Program-made: the position numbers and the translations under genes
NCBI GenBank assembly: GCA_028407765.1
Contig: JAOOJU010000001.1
Coordinates: 14,838 to 78,837, forward strand
From: Rickettsiales bacterium
GTDB taxonomy: Bacteria; Pseudomonadota; Alphaproteobacteria; Methylaequorales; Methylaequoraceae
Direction of reading: 5' to 3'
DNA length: 64,000 nt
The notes under the pieces: model-generated
Databases searched by the model: none
What the model was told of the DNA's origin: nothing
What the model saw: only the letters and a program-made list of their open reading frames with translations
In this document: positions 47,875-57,529 of the stretch, in pieces
Position numbering within the stretch: position 1 is the first letter of the stretch
Layout of the letters: each line of letters begins with the position of its first letter

Positions 47875-48420
47875 TCAATCTTCAAGCGGTAAATTTTTAT
47901 ATTTTCTATACTCATTCCAAATCTTTTTTTGCTTTTCGGGGTCACTTTCTTTAAGTGCAGCATTCTTTATTTGTTGAGCTAAAACATCATCATTGTCATC
48001 AAAAGGAATATCTTCAGGAATTTTTCCATTTGACCCTGAATTATTTTTATTAATAGAACCTGCGAGTTCATTTTCAGTGTTTTGATTTTGTTCATTGTAT
48101 GACTCAGTTGATTCTTGATCTGCGCTAAGTTTATTGCCTCTTAATTCTTGGGATCTATCCGATGCATTTTCTATACTATCGTCAACATTATTTTGCCTTG
48201 CTGATGTTTTTGCTTTTATACACTCTTCAAATCTATCCAAGGACTCGAGTAAAGCGTCATCCATCGCCTGAATCTGCTCTCTGTCTGTTAAATATTCATT
48301 TTCTTTATAGTTTACATCAAAATTATCGCACTCATCATTAAATGTTTCAGAGTAAGAAGCTTTTCCCATGACAAAAATAACAATAAGAAGTAGATGACTT
48401 AAAAAAAATTTGTACAACAT
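47875..48420 (-). CDS. Secreted acidic hypothetical protein
   Basis: Signal peptide and a D/E/N/Q-rich body. Confidence 0.3.
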   Translation of the reverse strand: MLYKFFLSHLLLIVIFVMGKASYSETFNDECDNFDVNYKENEYLTDREQIQAMDDALLESLDRFEECIKAKTSARQNNVDDSIENASDRSQELRGNKLSADQESTESYNEQNQNTENELAGSINKNNSGSNGKIPEDIPFDDNDDVLAQQIKNAALKESDPEKQKKIWNEYRKYKNLPLED

Positions 48421-48705
48421 AAATTAAACTTTTTTTCAAATTATTTTGGAGCTAACCCCATTTAATTTTAATCTTTAATTGTCAGTTGGAAAAGAAAAAT
48501 TTTTATCTCTTATTATCGATAGGAGGATGATGTGTAATCCGCATTCAGGATAATTATCTATTAAACCTCTCCTGTTATCTAAGATTAATTTTTTTTACTT
48601 TATTTTTTAAAGGTATTAAATTTACTGAAAAATATTATTAAATGGTTAAAAAAGTGTGATGGTAAAATTTATCTTTTTTTAAATCAATGACTTATACAAC
48701 AACAC

Positions 48706-48766
48706 AACTGATTCAAAATCCGTTGAACTTCGGTTCACGTCCGTTCGAGTCGGACTAGGGGTACCA
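48706..48766 (+). repeat. Direct repeat: partial copy (anticodon stem to CCA) of the tRNA-Leu(CAA) 3' portion, 2-3 mismatches
   Basis: actgattcaaaatccgttgaacttcggttcaCgtccgttcgagtcggactaggggtacca compared with the tRNA at 38893-38952. Confidence 0.8.
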
Positions 48767-49188
48767 TTTAAGAAAAATATTTAAATATAAATTTCAAAAT
48801 TCTATTTTGTTTTAATAATTCATGTCCGAAAAAACTTTCAATAATCCTTTGAATCAAGATGAAAAAAATATGATGAAAGATCTTTCAGCATAAAACAATA
48901 TCTTTTACATTTTAATCCAACTAATGCACCTTTTTTCCCGCTATATTTTAATTTGTCAGTAAATTCATACGCTACACTTATAGATCCACCATGATTAAAA
49001 TCTTTTTCAACAATATTAGTATTATTTGGAGCTGAGTATTGATATTTGCCTACTTGGTATTCAGCCTGAGAAAATAGCTGTCCCAAAATTAGACTATATC
49101 GTAGACCAAAGAAGTGATGATATTGAAAAGTTGGGTTTCATTTTTATTTCGTACCAAGAGTGATAATTTTATTACCTCATGTTTGATA

Positions 49189-50538
49189 TTAGTTCAAAAG
49201 TATTGTTTTTAAATATTCACCAACAATTTTATTACCTGTAAAACTTAGGTGACCGCCAGTATCTCCACCTCGAAAAGCAAATAATTTTTTTAAATCTTTA
49301 TTTTCCTTAAAGATTTCTCCTAGATCATAATATTTTATTTGTTGGCTTGTAATAATTTTTCTTACTTTTAAATCATTTTTAGAAATTGTTTTGATGTCTT
49401 TTTCATGTGGTAAATTAATGAAAATCAGTTCAGCATTAATTCTATCTGAAAATCTTTTTGCTTTTGAAATAATTTGTTCGAATCTTCCAAAATCAATTTC
49501 ATCAGATTCCTTAGATTTGTTAAATCTTAGGTTTACTTTGTTTCTTATACTCTTTAAGAATAGTCTATCCTTTGAGAAAAAAATTTCATTTATTGATCTC
49601 AATTTTTTTTCAGTATCTGGTTTCTTAAGTAACTTATTAAAATAAAAATCACTTAATAAAGACTCAATCTCTTTTTTTTTTTGAAATAGATTTTGTGAAT
49701 AATCATCAAGCAAATAATTATCAAATTTTTTTATCTTTTTGTAATAGTTTATTCCATCACTAAGATCATTACCTCCATAATGAACCCAAATAATTTTTTT
49801 TGGTTTTATTTCAGCAGCGTATTCTTTAATAATACCAAGATTTATAATTGGTCCATTTCCTGAAATTCCTAAATTTAATGCATTAACACCGACTTTTCTG
49901 AAAATATTTATAAAATGATTATTATTTGGAAGACAGCAACCTTCAGTAAAAGAGTCACCTACAAACAAATACTCAATTTTTTCATCCCAATATTCATCTA
50001 AGTTATTAAATCCATGCCTATCAGTTAAAAATTTGTGATGTTTACCGTATTCATTCTTACTTACAATTACTGTGTTTGGAGAATATGCCAGGGGAGTTAA
50101 ACCTATGTTTTCTTTAAAAACTCTAAAAGCAGGATGAGCCTTTCCATCACTTTGATTTATATCTTCTGCTACTTGTCTTTTTGTTCTAACATCATAATCA
50201 TAATCGAATGCTAACGAGTTTGCGAAAATAGCATATCTTTTATATGTGGCATAGTACTCAAATATTAAAATTGGAAAAGTAAAAGATCCAATTAATATCA
50301 AAGTATATGACGAACTGAATATTTTTTTTTTTTGATTCCAAATTAATAAAATACTCACAAAAAGTGTAATAGATAATATTATTAAAAGTTGGAATATATA
50401 GTTTTCTGCAAAATTTTCTTTATTTAAAAAATTAAAATTTAAACCTAAAATTCTATAACACAAAAAAAATGAAAGTATTAGCAAGGAAAATATTATAAGT
50501 CTAATTAATACTCTTGATAGTTTCTCAATTAAACTCAT
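49189..50538 (-). CDS. Polytopic membrane protein with C-terminal SGNH/GDSL-type hydrolase-like domain (polysaccharide O-acyl modification candidate)
   Basis: Four N-terminal TM helices. The GDS(x)nG block is YLFVGDSFTEGCC. Later motifs are GISGNGP and WVHYGGNDL (GxND). Confidence 0.45.
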   Translation of the reverse strand: MSLIEKLSRVLIRLIIFSLLILSFFLCYRILGLNFNFLNKENFAENYIFQLLIILSITLFVSILLIWNQKKKIFSSSYTLILIGSFTFPILIFEYYATYKRYAIFANSLAFDYDYDVRTKRQVAEDINQSDGKAHPAFRVFKENIGLTPLAYSPNTVIVSKNEYGKHHKFLTDRHGFNNLDEYWDEKIEYLFVGDSFTEGCCLPNNNHFINIFRKVGVNALNLGISGNGPIINLGIIKEYAAEIKPKKIIWVHYGGNDLSDGINYYKKIKKFDNYLLDDYSQNLFQKKKEIESLLSDFYFNKLLKKPDTEKKLRSINEIFFSKDRLFLKSIRNKVNLRFNKSKESDEIDFGRFEQIISKAKRFSDRINAELIFINLPHEKDIKTISKNDLKVRKIITSQQIKYYDLGEIFKENKDLKKLFAFRGGDTGGHLSFTGNKIVGEYLKTILLN

Positions 50539-50760
50539 GGGTAATGTATATTCATAAAATTAAGTAAAGTCTACTAATTCTAATTTTCTTCAAAAAATTA
50601 TACACTTGGGTAAGAAAAATCTAATAAAAAAAGTTAAAAAAGTTTTTCGAGATTTAACATTCATAGGGATATTTTTAGAGATTTTGAAAAAAAACATTGA
50701 TACAAGACATTGAAATAAGCAATGAAAGTCAATGTAATAAAGGGTTTTAGACCCAAAGCA

Positions 50761-50819
50761 ACTGATTCAAAATCTGTTAAACTTCGGTTCATGTCCGTTC
50801 GAGTCGGGCTAGGGGTACT
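50761..50819 (+). repeat. Direct repeat: second partial copy of the tRNA-Leu 3' portion (~5 mismatches)
   Basis: actgattcaaaatctgttaaacttcggttcatgtccgttcgagtcgggctaggggtact. Confidence 0.75.
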
Positions 50820-50988
50820 AATTAATGAAAAGTTAGATTGATTGTGATTTAATCTAAATCACTAATAAAGGTAAGGTTGAGGAGAAAAGTAATTATAATT
50901 AACTTTTAAAGACTAATATTTATCCAAAAAATATTGTTCTTGCGAACTAAAAGAATTAATCTAAAACTATATTTAGAGAAGTATTCTT

Positions 50989-52872
50989 ATGTGTGGGATA
51001 GCAGGAATTTACAGTTTAAAGGGTAAACCAATTTTAAATATTGAAGATAGAATATTTAAAATGAACGAGTCCTTAAAACACAGAGGACCTGACCAAAACG
51101 GGTTATTTATTTCTGAAGACAAGACATGTGCAATTGGTAATACTAGGTTATCAATAGTTGATGTTAAATCAAAGCTAAGACAACCTCTTAAATCAAAAAA
51201 TGGAGAGTTTATTCTAAGTTTTAATGGTGAAATATATAATTATAAGGAACTAAAGAAAGATATTTTTAACAAGAATTTTCAATTTCGATCAGATCTTGAT
51301 ACAGAAGTGCTTCTAGAAGGTTTCTTGAAATATGGTAAGAAATTTTTAGATGAAATAGACGGTGTTTATAGTTTTGTGATATATAACAAATCCGATAAGA
51401 GTATTGAGTTATTTAGAGATTTAATGGGTGAAAGACATCTTTTCTATAGAATTTATAAAGATGAACTTATATTTTCATCAGAAATAGAACCCATAATTAG
51501 AGACAACAAACCAGGGCTTACGTTTTGTTTTAATTCAATTGCTTCTGCAATTAGGTTTGGTGCATGCGGTATGGATAATACTCTTTTCAAAGAAATTAAA
51601 ACACTCAAACCTGGGTTTAGTATCTCTGCAAAAAATAATGGAGAACTAAAAATAAAAAATGTTAAAAAATTATGTCCTAAAAAGTGGTTAAATTTCTTTA
51701 AAAAAGACCCCAATTATGACGAAGTTATTGATATTTACCAAAAGCTTTTATTTAAATCATGTAAATTGAGAGTGCCAAGAGAAGTAGATTTCTTTTCAAC
51801 ATTAAGTGGAGGTTTAGATAGTTCATTAATCAATATATTATTATCGGATAATGGTAAGAAAAAAATTGATACGATTTTCGGCTTTAGTAATAATATTGAA
51901 GAGAGAGAGAATGCGATCTATGTTTCAAAAAAATTAAATACTAATCATACCATAATTGATTTTTTTGATTCAGATTTTTACGAATTAATTAAGAATAATG
52001 CCAAAGGATGTTTTGATGGTTCACTTTCCCAGCACGCCCCATTTGAATGTATAGCAAATGCCACTAGAAAGAAAGGTAAAAAAGTTGTAATAATGTCAGA
52101 CTCTCCTGACGAATTAATGGGTGGTTATGCTGCAGACTTCTCCAACTTTAAAATAAGAAGTTTTTTAGGAAAAAATAAATTACTCAGAAATTTTATGTTT
52201 CGATTAGCTAAAAATAGGGTAGGTAGAAAATTACTTAGTAAACTTATTTTTGATAGTCGAGAAATTAATTGCCTTTTAAAAATGGGAAGAAATGATTTTT
52301 TTACTTTTGTACCTACTCATGATAGCCATGACATAAAAGATATTTTTCCTGATAGTATCGTAGAACAATCAGAAAAAAGCTTCGGATGTATCCCAAAATG
52401 CTATGATGATCTAAAGGAAAGATTATCGATAGGCGGGAATATGGCGCTAGCTTATGCTACTGGAACAATACCAAATATGAGTAATTTAAGAGTTGATAAA
52501 TCTTTTTTCAGACAATCTATCGAACCCAGGTTACCATTTCTAAGCATTGATTTAGTAGAATTCATGGTTGCAATGCCTGATAAATATCGTTTTAACAAAG
52601 AAGGATTAGGTAAAAAATTATTACGAGATATAATAAAAAAATCTTTAGGAAAAAAAATTGCAAACAGGTCTAAATTTGGCTTAGCAAACAGCTACACTTC
52701 TGAAATTAAGATTTACAATAAATTAAAAATTAGAGATGTTATCGCTGGAAGTAATATTTTTGATGTTTTTCCATTTAAAAAAGGCTCAAAAGATTTTGTG
52801 TTAAATAATAAAAAAATACATTGGAGCTTTTATAGTTTTATCAAGACATTTGAAAATTTTAAAAATTTATAA
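50989..52872 (+). CDS. asnB: Asparagine synthetase (glutamine-hydrolysing) family amidotransferase
   Basis: N-terminal MCGIAGIY (Cys2 nucleophile) and PP-loop SGGLDSS. Length is 627 aa. Confidence 0.75.
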   Translation: MCGIAGIYSLKGKPILNIEDRIFKMNESLKHRGPDQNGLFISEDKTCAIGNTRLSIVDVKSKLRQPLKSKNGEFILSFNGEIYNYKELKKDIFNKNFQFRSDLDTEVLLEGFLKYGKKFLDEIDGVYSFVIYNKSDKSIELFRDLMGERHLFYRIYKDELIFSSEIEPIIRDNKPGLTFCFNSIASAIRFGACGMDNTLFKEIKTLKPGFSISAKNNGELKIKNVKKLCPKKWLNFFKKDPNYDEVIDIYQKLLFKSCKLRVPREVDFFSTLSGGLDSSLINILLSDNGKKKIDTIFGFSNNIEERENAIYVSKKLNTNHTIIDFFDSDFYELIKNNAKGCFDGSLSQHAPFECIANATRKKGKKVVIMSDSPDELMGGYAADFSNFKIRSFLGKNKLLRNFMFRLAKNRVGRKLLSKLIFDSREINCLLKMGRNDFFTFVPTHDSHDIKDIFPDSIVEQSEKSFGCIPKCYDDLKERLSIGGNMALAYATGTIPNMSNLRVDKSFFRQSIEPRLPFLSIDLVEFMVAMPDKYRFNKEGLGKKLLRDIIKKSLGKKIANRSKFGLANSYTSEIKIYNKLKIRDVIAGSNIFDVFPFKKGSKDFVLNNKKIHWSFYSFIKTFENFKNL

Positions 52873-52926
52873 TTTTCTATTATTTTTAAATATGAAAAAT
52901 ACTTATGGTTTAAATATTTATTTTAA

Positions 52927-53012
52927 GCCCTAATAACTGAATTGGAGTACACGACGGATTCAAAATCCGTTAAACTTCGGTTCATGTCCGCTCGTGTTGG
53001 ATTAGGAGTACA
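52927..53012 (+). pseudogene. Degenerate near-full-length tRNA-Leu-like copy (pseudo-tRNA); T-stem and acceptor pairing disrupted
   Basis: gccctaataactgaattggagtacacgacggattcaaaatccgttaaacttcggttcatgtccgctcgtgttggattaggagtaca aligns along the whole tRNA-Leu. However gtccg/tggat cannot form a T-stem. Confidence 0.65.
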
Positions 53013-53234
53013 ATCTAAATACTAAAAAATTTCTATAATTTCAGTAAATTGAACTTTATAAAATTAGATAATTTTGCTTAAATTTAAATATAACAAAAAT
53101 ATTATTATGATTGAGATTGATGTATCTTATAGTTGTGTGATAATTCAAATGTTTTTATTGAAAAACTATAATTCTATCGATTGTTCTTAATTTTAATAAT
53201 TATAGTTTTTAACTTTTCTTAAAAAGGATACAAT

Positions 53235-54074
53235 ATGTTTTTTTCAATTAAAGATTATTTAAGAATCCTTTTTAACTTTCTAAATTTTTTAAAAACAATT
53301 TTATTTAATTTGATTGACAATATTTCGATTAGAAATTTGTTTAAATATGTTAAAATCAAATATATTTCAAATAAATTTGGATTTACTATTTCAGTTAAGA
53401 ATAAAATTGGAAGACTCTATTTTGATTCTTCATATATTAATTCTGAGTTATGTGCTTTGGGAAAAAAATATGGAACTGACAAATCTCCATATAATAAAGA
53501 ATTACATAGACAAGCTTATACCGCATTTTATAGTTTAATTTTTAGCAGTTTAAAAAATAAAAAAATATATTTTGCAGAAATTGGAATTTTAAATAATGCG
53601 TCAATAAAAATGTGGAAAAAATTTTTTCCTTACGCAATTATTTATGGTTTTGAATTTTTTGATAGGTATATTCTTGCTGCAAAAAAAGATAAATTAAAAG
53701 AAGTTTTTTACCAAAAAATAGATGTAAAAAAAAGAAGTTCAATTGGGAGTACCTTTAGAAAATTAAAAAAGAAGTTTAATATTATTATTGATGACAGTAC
53801 TCATCAATTTAATGACCAGATTAATGTTATAAAAGAAGTCATACCCTTTCTTGAAACAGGGGGATATTTAGTGATTGAGGATATACCAATCAATGACAAG
53901 TCTTTCACTGAAGATATTTTTTACGAAAAACTTAAGAATGAATTAAAATTTTTTGATTTTATTAGTTTTATTGATTGTAATCATATTATTAGATGTTCTA
54001 AAGGATCAAATAACACCAGATTACTTATATTAATTAGAAATAAGGAAAAATTTTTTTCCTCAAATATTAATTAA
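53235..54074 (+). CDS. Putative class I SAM-dependent methyltransferase (TylF/CmcI-like)
   Basis: IIIDDSTHQFNDQINVIKEVIPFLETGGYLVIEDI resembles macrocin-O-methyltransferase-family C-terminal motifs. The call is weak. Confidence 0.3.
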   Translation: MFFSIKDYLRILFNFLNFLKTILFNLIDNISIRNLFKYVKIKYISNKFGFTISVKNKIGRLYFDSSYINSELCALGKKYGTDKSPYNKELHRQAYTAFYSLIFSSLKNKKIYFAEIGILNNASIKMWKKFFPYAIIYGFEFFDRYILAAKKDKLKEVFYQKIDVKKRSSIGSTFRKLKKKFNIIIDDSTHQFNDQINVIKEVIPFLETGGYLVIEDIPINDKSFTEDIFYEKLKNELKFFDFISFIDCNHIIRCSKGSNNTRLLILIRNKEKFFSSNIN

Positions 54075-54305
54075 AGTTTTTTCATTCAAATTAATAAAAA
54101 TTAAGCTTTTTTTTAAAGAAACAAGTCTACTCTTTTTAAGTCTAACTGGTATGTACTTTTAATTTGCTGGGAAGTATTGTTTTGGAATCTTATTATAAAA
54201 AGAATTATTTAAATATATTGAGATTATTGAACAGAATTTTTTTTAGTCTGCATTCTTTTGCATTATTATTAATTTTATTTAGTTTTCTTATAACGATATA
54301 AGTAA

Positions 54306-55505
54306 CTAATAAATATCCAATAATCTTTTCGAAATATTATTATTATCTATTTTCCTAAAAAAATTAATAATTGTTTCTGTCTTTTCTCTAGAACTCTGAA
54401 TAGTTTTTAATACTGCTGATATTACCTCTATATAATCGCTTACTGTTAAGTCTTTTTCATTTCCAAATAGCTGACAAATAACAAGAAAATTAGTTACATT
54501 TAATAGGCATAATATTTCTCTTACAAAGTTGTCGAATTCGTTAGTTAAGATCTTAAATTTCTCAATGTTTTTTAAAAATTCATTAATAAAAAAGTTTTTA
54601 TATATAAAGTTATTTTCTCTTTTAAATTTGGCGAACCTATTTCTATAGTTGTAAATATAATTTCTTTGAAATACAGTTTTAGATTGACTAAAAAAATTAC
54701 TTTTTTCTGCTGCTCGTTTACAGATTTGATGATATCTAGAACTACCTGTTAAATTTGAAAAACAAATTTTTGATAAAAAATTTATCTGTATTAGTAAATT
54801 ATTTTCCTCTAATTGTTTTTTTTTACTTTTAGAAAAAATTTCTATATTTTTTTCTGTGTTATTTAATTTAGAGAACGATCTAATGATCCCATCAAGATTA
54901 TTAAAAAATGTATCGTTATTAGATAACTTATAAATTACTTCCTCAATAAACTTCATAATTACTTCAGGTAAATCTTTAGAAATTTCAAAAGAATGGATAT
55001 TATCAGAGTTAAAGATATTTTTTAATTTATTCTTTGTTAACTTTTTAATCCTTAAATTCTTATCCCCTAAACAGAGTCTTGCAATTTCTGGACAGGACAA
55101 TTCACCTGAAATAAAACCTATTTCCTTGAAATTTTTTATAATCCTTGGATAGGTGGAACAACCGATTGATAGGCTTTCTTTTCCCAGTAAATTATAAACT
55201 TTACATAACTTATTATTAGTCAAAAAAGGACAAGTATTATTAAGTGTATTTTCTATTTTGGCGTATGCTATATTTGAATCAATCTCTTTCTTAAATAGAT
55301 ACTGCTTTGAAATTGAACTGATTGTTCTATTTGATGAATCTTTATATTTTTTATAGGTTGTTTTATCAATTTCCACATTCCAACCTACACAACACGAGTC
55401 TATACAGTCTTTACCAATACATTTAAACTTAGGTAAATAATCAGGGGTAAAGAAAACTTCATTGTTCCTTGAACTCATAAGTAAGTTTCGCAAAATTAAT
55501 GCCAA
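54306..55505 (-). CDS. CxxCxxCC-type (YkgJ/FliB-like) putative metal-chelating domain protein
   Basis: N-terminal KFKCIGKDCIDSCCVGW cysteine cluster. The call is weak. Confidence 0.3.
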   Translation of the reverse strand: MALILRNLLMSSRNNEVFFTPDYLPKFKCIGKDCIDSCCVGWNVEIDKTTYKKYKDSSNRTISSISKQYLFKKEIDSNIAYAKIENTLNNTCPFLTNNKLCKVYNLLGKESLSIGCSTYPRIIKNFKEIGFISGELSCPEIARLCLGDKNLRIKKLTKNKLKNIFNSDNIHSFEISKDLPEVIMKFIEEVIYKLSNNDTFFNNLDGIIRSFSKLNNTEKNIEIFSKSKKKQLEENNLLIQINFLSKICFSNLTGSSRYHQICKRAAEKSNFFSQSKTVFQRNYIYNYRNRFAKFKRENNFIYKNFFINEFLKNIEKFKILTNEFDNFVREILCLLNVTNFLVICQLFGNEKDLTVSDYIEVISAVLKTIQSSREKTETIINFFRKIDNNNISKRLLDIY

Positions 55506-55948
55506 AAATTGGACATCATATTGTCATTACTTAAATAGTATTTTATTAAGCCTAATTTGGAGAAGTTAAAAACTAACATTACATAAACATAAATCTCCAA
55601 TTCCTTAATAACTCCAAACAGTTTTTCCTCTGAATGAGTTCTAATTTCTCAGTATCAACTGGTTTTTAGTGCGATGCTGCCTCTGAATGAAATGTAGTTT
55701 GATTATTTCTTTTTTATTCATGAAATAGTTCGATTAATTATCAATGATTTTTTCTTTGATAAATTTAGCCGTCAATCTATTTGCAAACATTGGAAAATTC
55801 ACAGTAGTTTCGCATGAAAATATAAATTTTTTGCCGGTAAATTTCAAACCATTAATGGTCATGTTTTTTAAATTATCAACTTTCAAGAACAAAAATATAT
55901 GTTGATTCTACTTTAATTTTGTAAATATCATAGTATAGAAATTAAAAA

Positions 55949-56950
55949 ATGAATGTTATGAGATATTTTATTGGATTTATAATTAGTGTTATATTTCTAA
56001 GTTCATGTATGATTTTTAATCACAATAAAGATTTTTTAAACTCAAAAAAATACGACTTTCATTTCAGAAAATGGTTTTCTAATGATAACTCAGATATTTT
56101 AATCATAGCTATTCATGGTTATAATGCTCACTCTGGTTCATTTGAAAGGCCAGCCAATCTTTTTTCAAAATTTAATATTAATACAATATCTTTTGACTTA
56201 AGGGGTTTTGGCTTAAATAAAGATTTCGGTGAATGGTTTTCACTTGAAGTTCATGTAAATGATGTTTACGAAATAATAAAAAAAATCTGCAAAAAAGAAC
56301 CAAATAAAAAGATTTTTCTATTGGGAGAAAGTATGGGAGGAGCTATTGCAATAAGTCTAGTTAATAAAAAAAAAGATCTGCCATTAGAGGGTTTAATCCT
56401 TGTCTCTCCAGCTCTTTGGAATTTTTCTGAAGCCAATCCAGTTAAGAGCTTTATAATGAAAAGTTTTTCAAATTTATTTCCTAATTTTCGTATTAGTGGG
56501 GAAGGAATAATTAAAGTGAGACCAAGTGATAATTTAGAAATGTTAAAGAATTATGCCATCGATCCTCTAGTTGTTCATGATCCAACTGCACAAAGTTTAA
56601 GTGGTATCATTGATTTAATGGATAAGGCTTATGAACAGTTTCAAATATTTATAAAAAACCCAACTATACAAACATTAATTGTAATTCCTGGTATCGATGA
56701 AATAGTACCAAGAAAACCGATGCTTCATTTATTAAAAAATATTGATATTTACAGAAATTTAAATAAAGATTTATTCTTAGCTTTATATGATAAAAATTTT
56801 CATATGATAATGAGAGACCTAGATGGTGATAGAATTTCCTGGGAAATAAAAGAATGGATTATTGATAAAAAAAGAGTGCTAGATTTTCAGACATTTAAAA
56901 ATGTTTTGCAAAGACTAGAAAACTCAACTTTTTATCATAAACTCGATTAA
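55949..56950 (+). CDS. Alpha/beta hydrolase lipoprotein (lysophospholipase/monoglyceride-lipase-like)
   Basis: Lipobox FLSSC, HGYNAHSG, the GESMGG nucleophile elbow, and a later Asp/His. Confidence 0.65.
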   Translation: MNVMRYFIGFIISVIFLSSCMIFNHNKDFLNSKKYDFHFRKWFSNDNSDILIIAIHGYNAHSGSFERPANLFSKFNINTISFDLRGFGLNKDFGEWFSLEVHVNDVYEIIKKICKKEPNKKIFLLGESMGGAIAISLVNKKKDLPLEGLILVSPALWNFSEANPVKSFIMKSFSNLFPNFRISGEGIIKVRPSDNLEMLKNYAIDPLVVHDPTAQSLSGIIDLMDKAYEQFQIFIKNPTIQTLIVIPGIDEIVPRKPMLHLLKNIDIYRNLNKDLFLALYDKNFHMIMRDLDGDRISWEIKEWIIDKKRVLDFQTFKNVLQRLENSTFYHKLD

Positions 56951-57043
56951 AAATAATTTATTTAAGAGTTCATATTCAAAAAATTAAGTTTACAAACCTC
57001 CAAACTGAATGTGTAAAAAAATATTCCTTACTTATTATTCTAT

Positions 57044-57454
57044 TTACTGTGTGTGAACTCTGTTCCCTCTAAGTGCAAAAAATAACCCTCCACAATACAT
57101 CATCACATGAAAATTATCATACAGTAAAACTTCAATAATACTATCAGGTTGTTGCATGAGTATTATTCCTGTCATTATACCACAAATAACAATACCACAA
57201 AAACGAGTTAACGCACCGCCATATACATTAAGCTTTTTAGTAACCAATAATCCTCCAAGTAAAAGACCAACACCGGAAAGTAACTCACCCCAAGCTACAA
57301 AGAACCAAACCGATAAAGGCAAACCATATGCTTCTGCATCAGATATATCTAATGGTAATTTTGAAAGACCCTGTAAAATAAATACTATGGCCAATGGCAA
57401 TCTAATTAAAAAGTTTGCTCCTTTAAAATCTGGTATCTTTTTTATATAATTCAT
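57044..57454 (-). CDS. DoxX-family small membrane protein
   Basis: Four TM helices. RLPLAIVFILQGLSKL is a DoxX-like motif. Confidence 0.4.
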   Translation of the reverse strand: MNYIKKIPDFKGANFLIRLPLAIVFILQGLSKLPLDISDAEAYGLPLSVWFFVAWGELLSGVGLLLGGLLVTKKLNVYGGALTRFCGIVICGIMTGIILMQQPDSIIEVLLYDNFHVMMYCGGLFFALRGNRVHTQ

Positions 57455-57529
57455 CTTTATTATAATACTTTACAAAATCAAAAAATTAACCACTTAATAA
57501 TTACATCAACAATTTTAAAAAAATTTATC

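Larger units (their letters stand above)
38953..53012. mobile_element. tRNA-Leu-associated accessory region: three tandem islets (38953-48766, 48767-50819, 50820-53012), each ending in a partial or degenerate copy of the tRNA-Leu 3' part; no integrase seen
   Basis: Direct repeats of the tRNA 3' portion at 48706-48766, 50761-50819 and 52927-53012. Confidence 0.5.

Noticed and set aside
48838-49086. 82-aa minus-strand ORF next to tRNA remnant 1, with beta-strand-like alternating pattern (possible outer-membrane barrel fragment)
   Set aside because: It is too short and lacks a signal peptide. At best it is a gene remnant, and I cannot support a call.
38953-53012. Looked for an integrase, transposase or IS element in the tRNA-associated islets
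   Set aside because: No ORF in any frame shows tyrosine-recombinase motifs (R..HxxR..Y), serine-recombinase motifs or DDE motifs. The islands are inferred only from the tRNA-fragment repeats.
55620-55700. Short direct repeat cctctgaatga occurring twice about 50 nt apart in the intergenic region upstream of the 55949 hydrolase
   Set aside because: It is only 11 nt and occurs twice. It could be chance or a small regulatory repeat. Evidence is insufficient.
57156-57449. Plus-strand ORF 57156-57449 opposite the DoxX-like gene, and 60972-61166 overlapping the SemiSWEET gene
   Set aside because: They overlap better-supported membrane-protein genes and have skewed composition. Probable artefacts.
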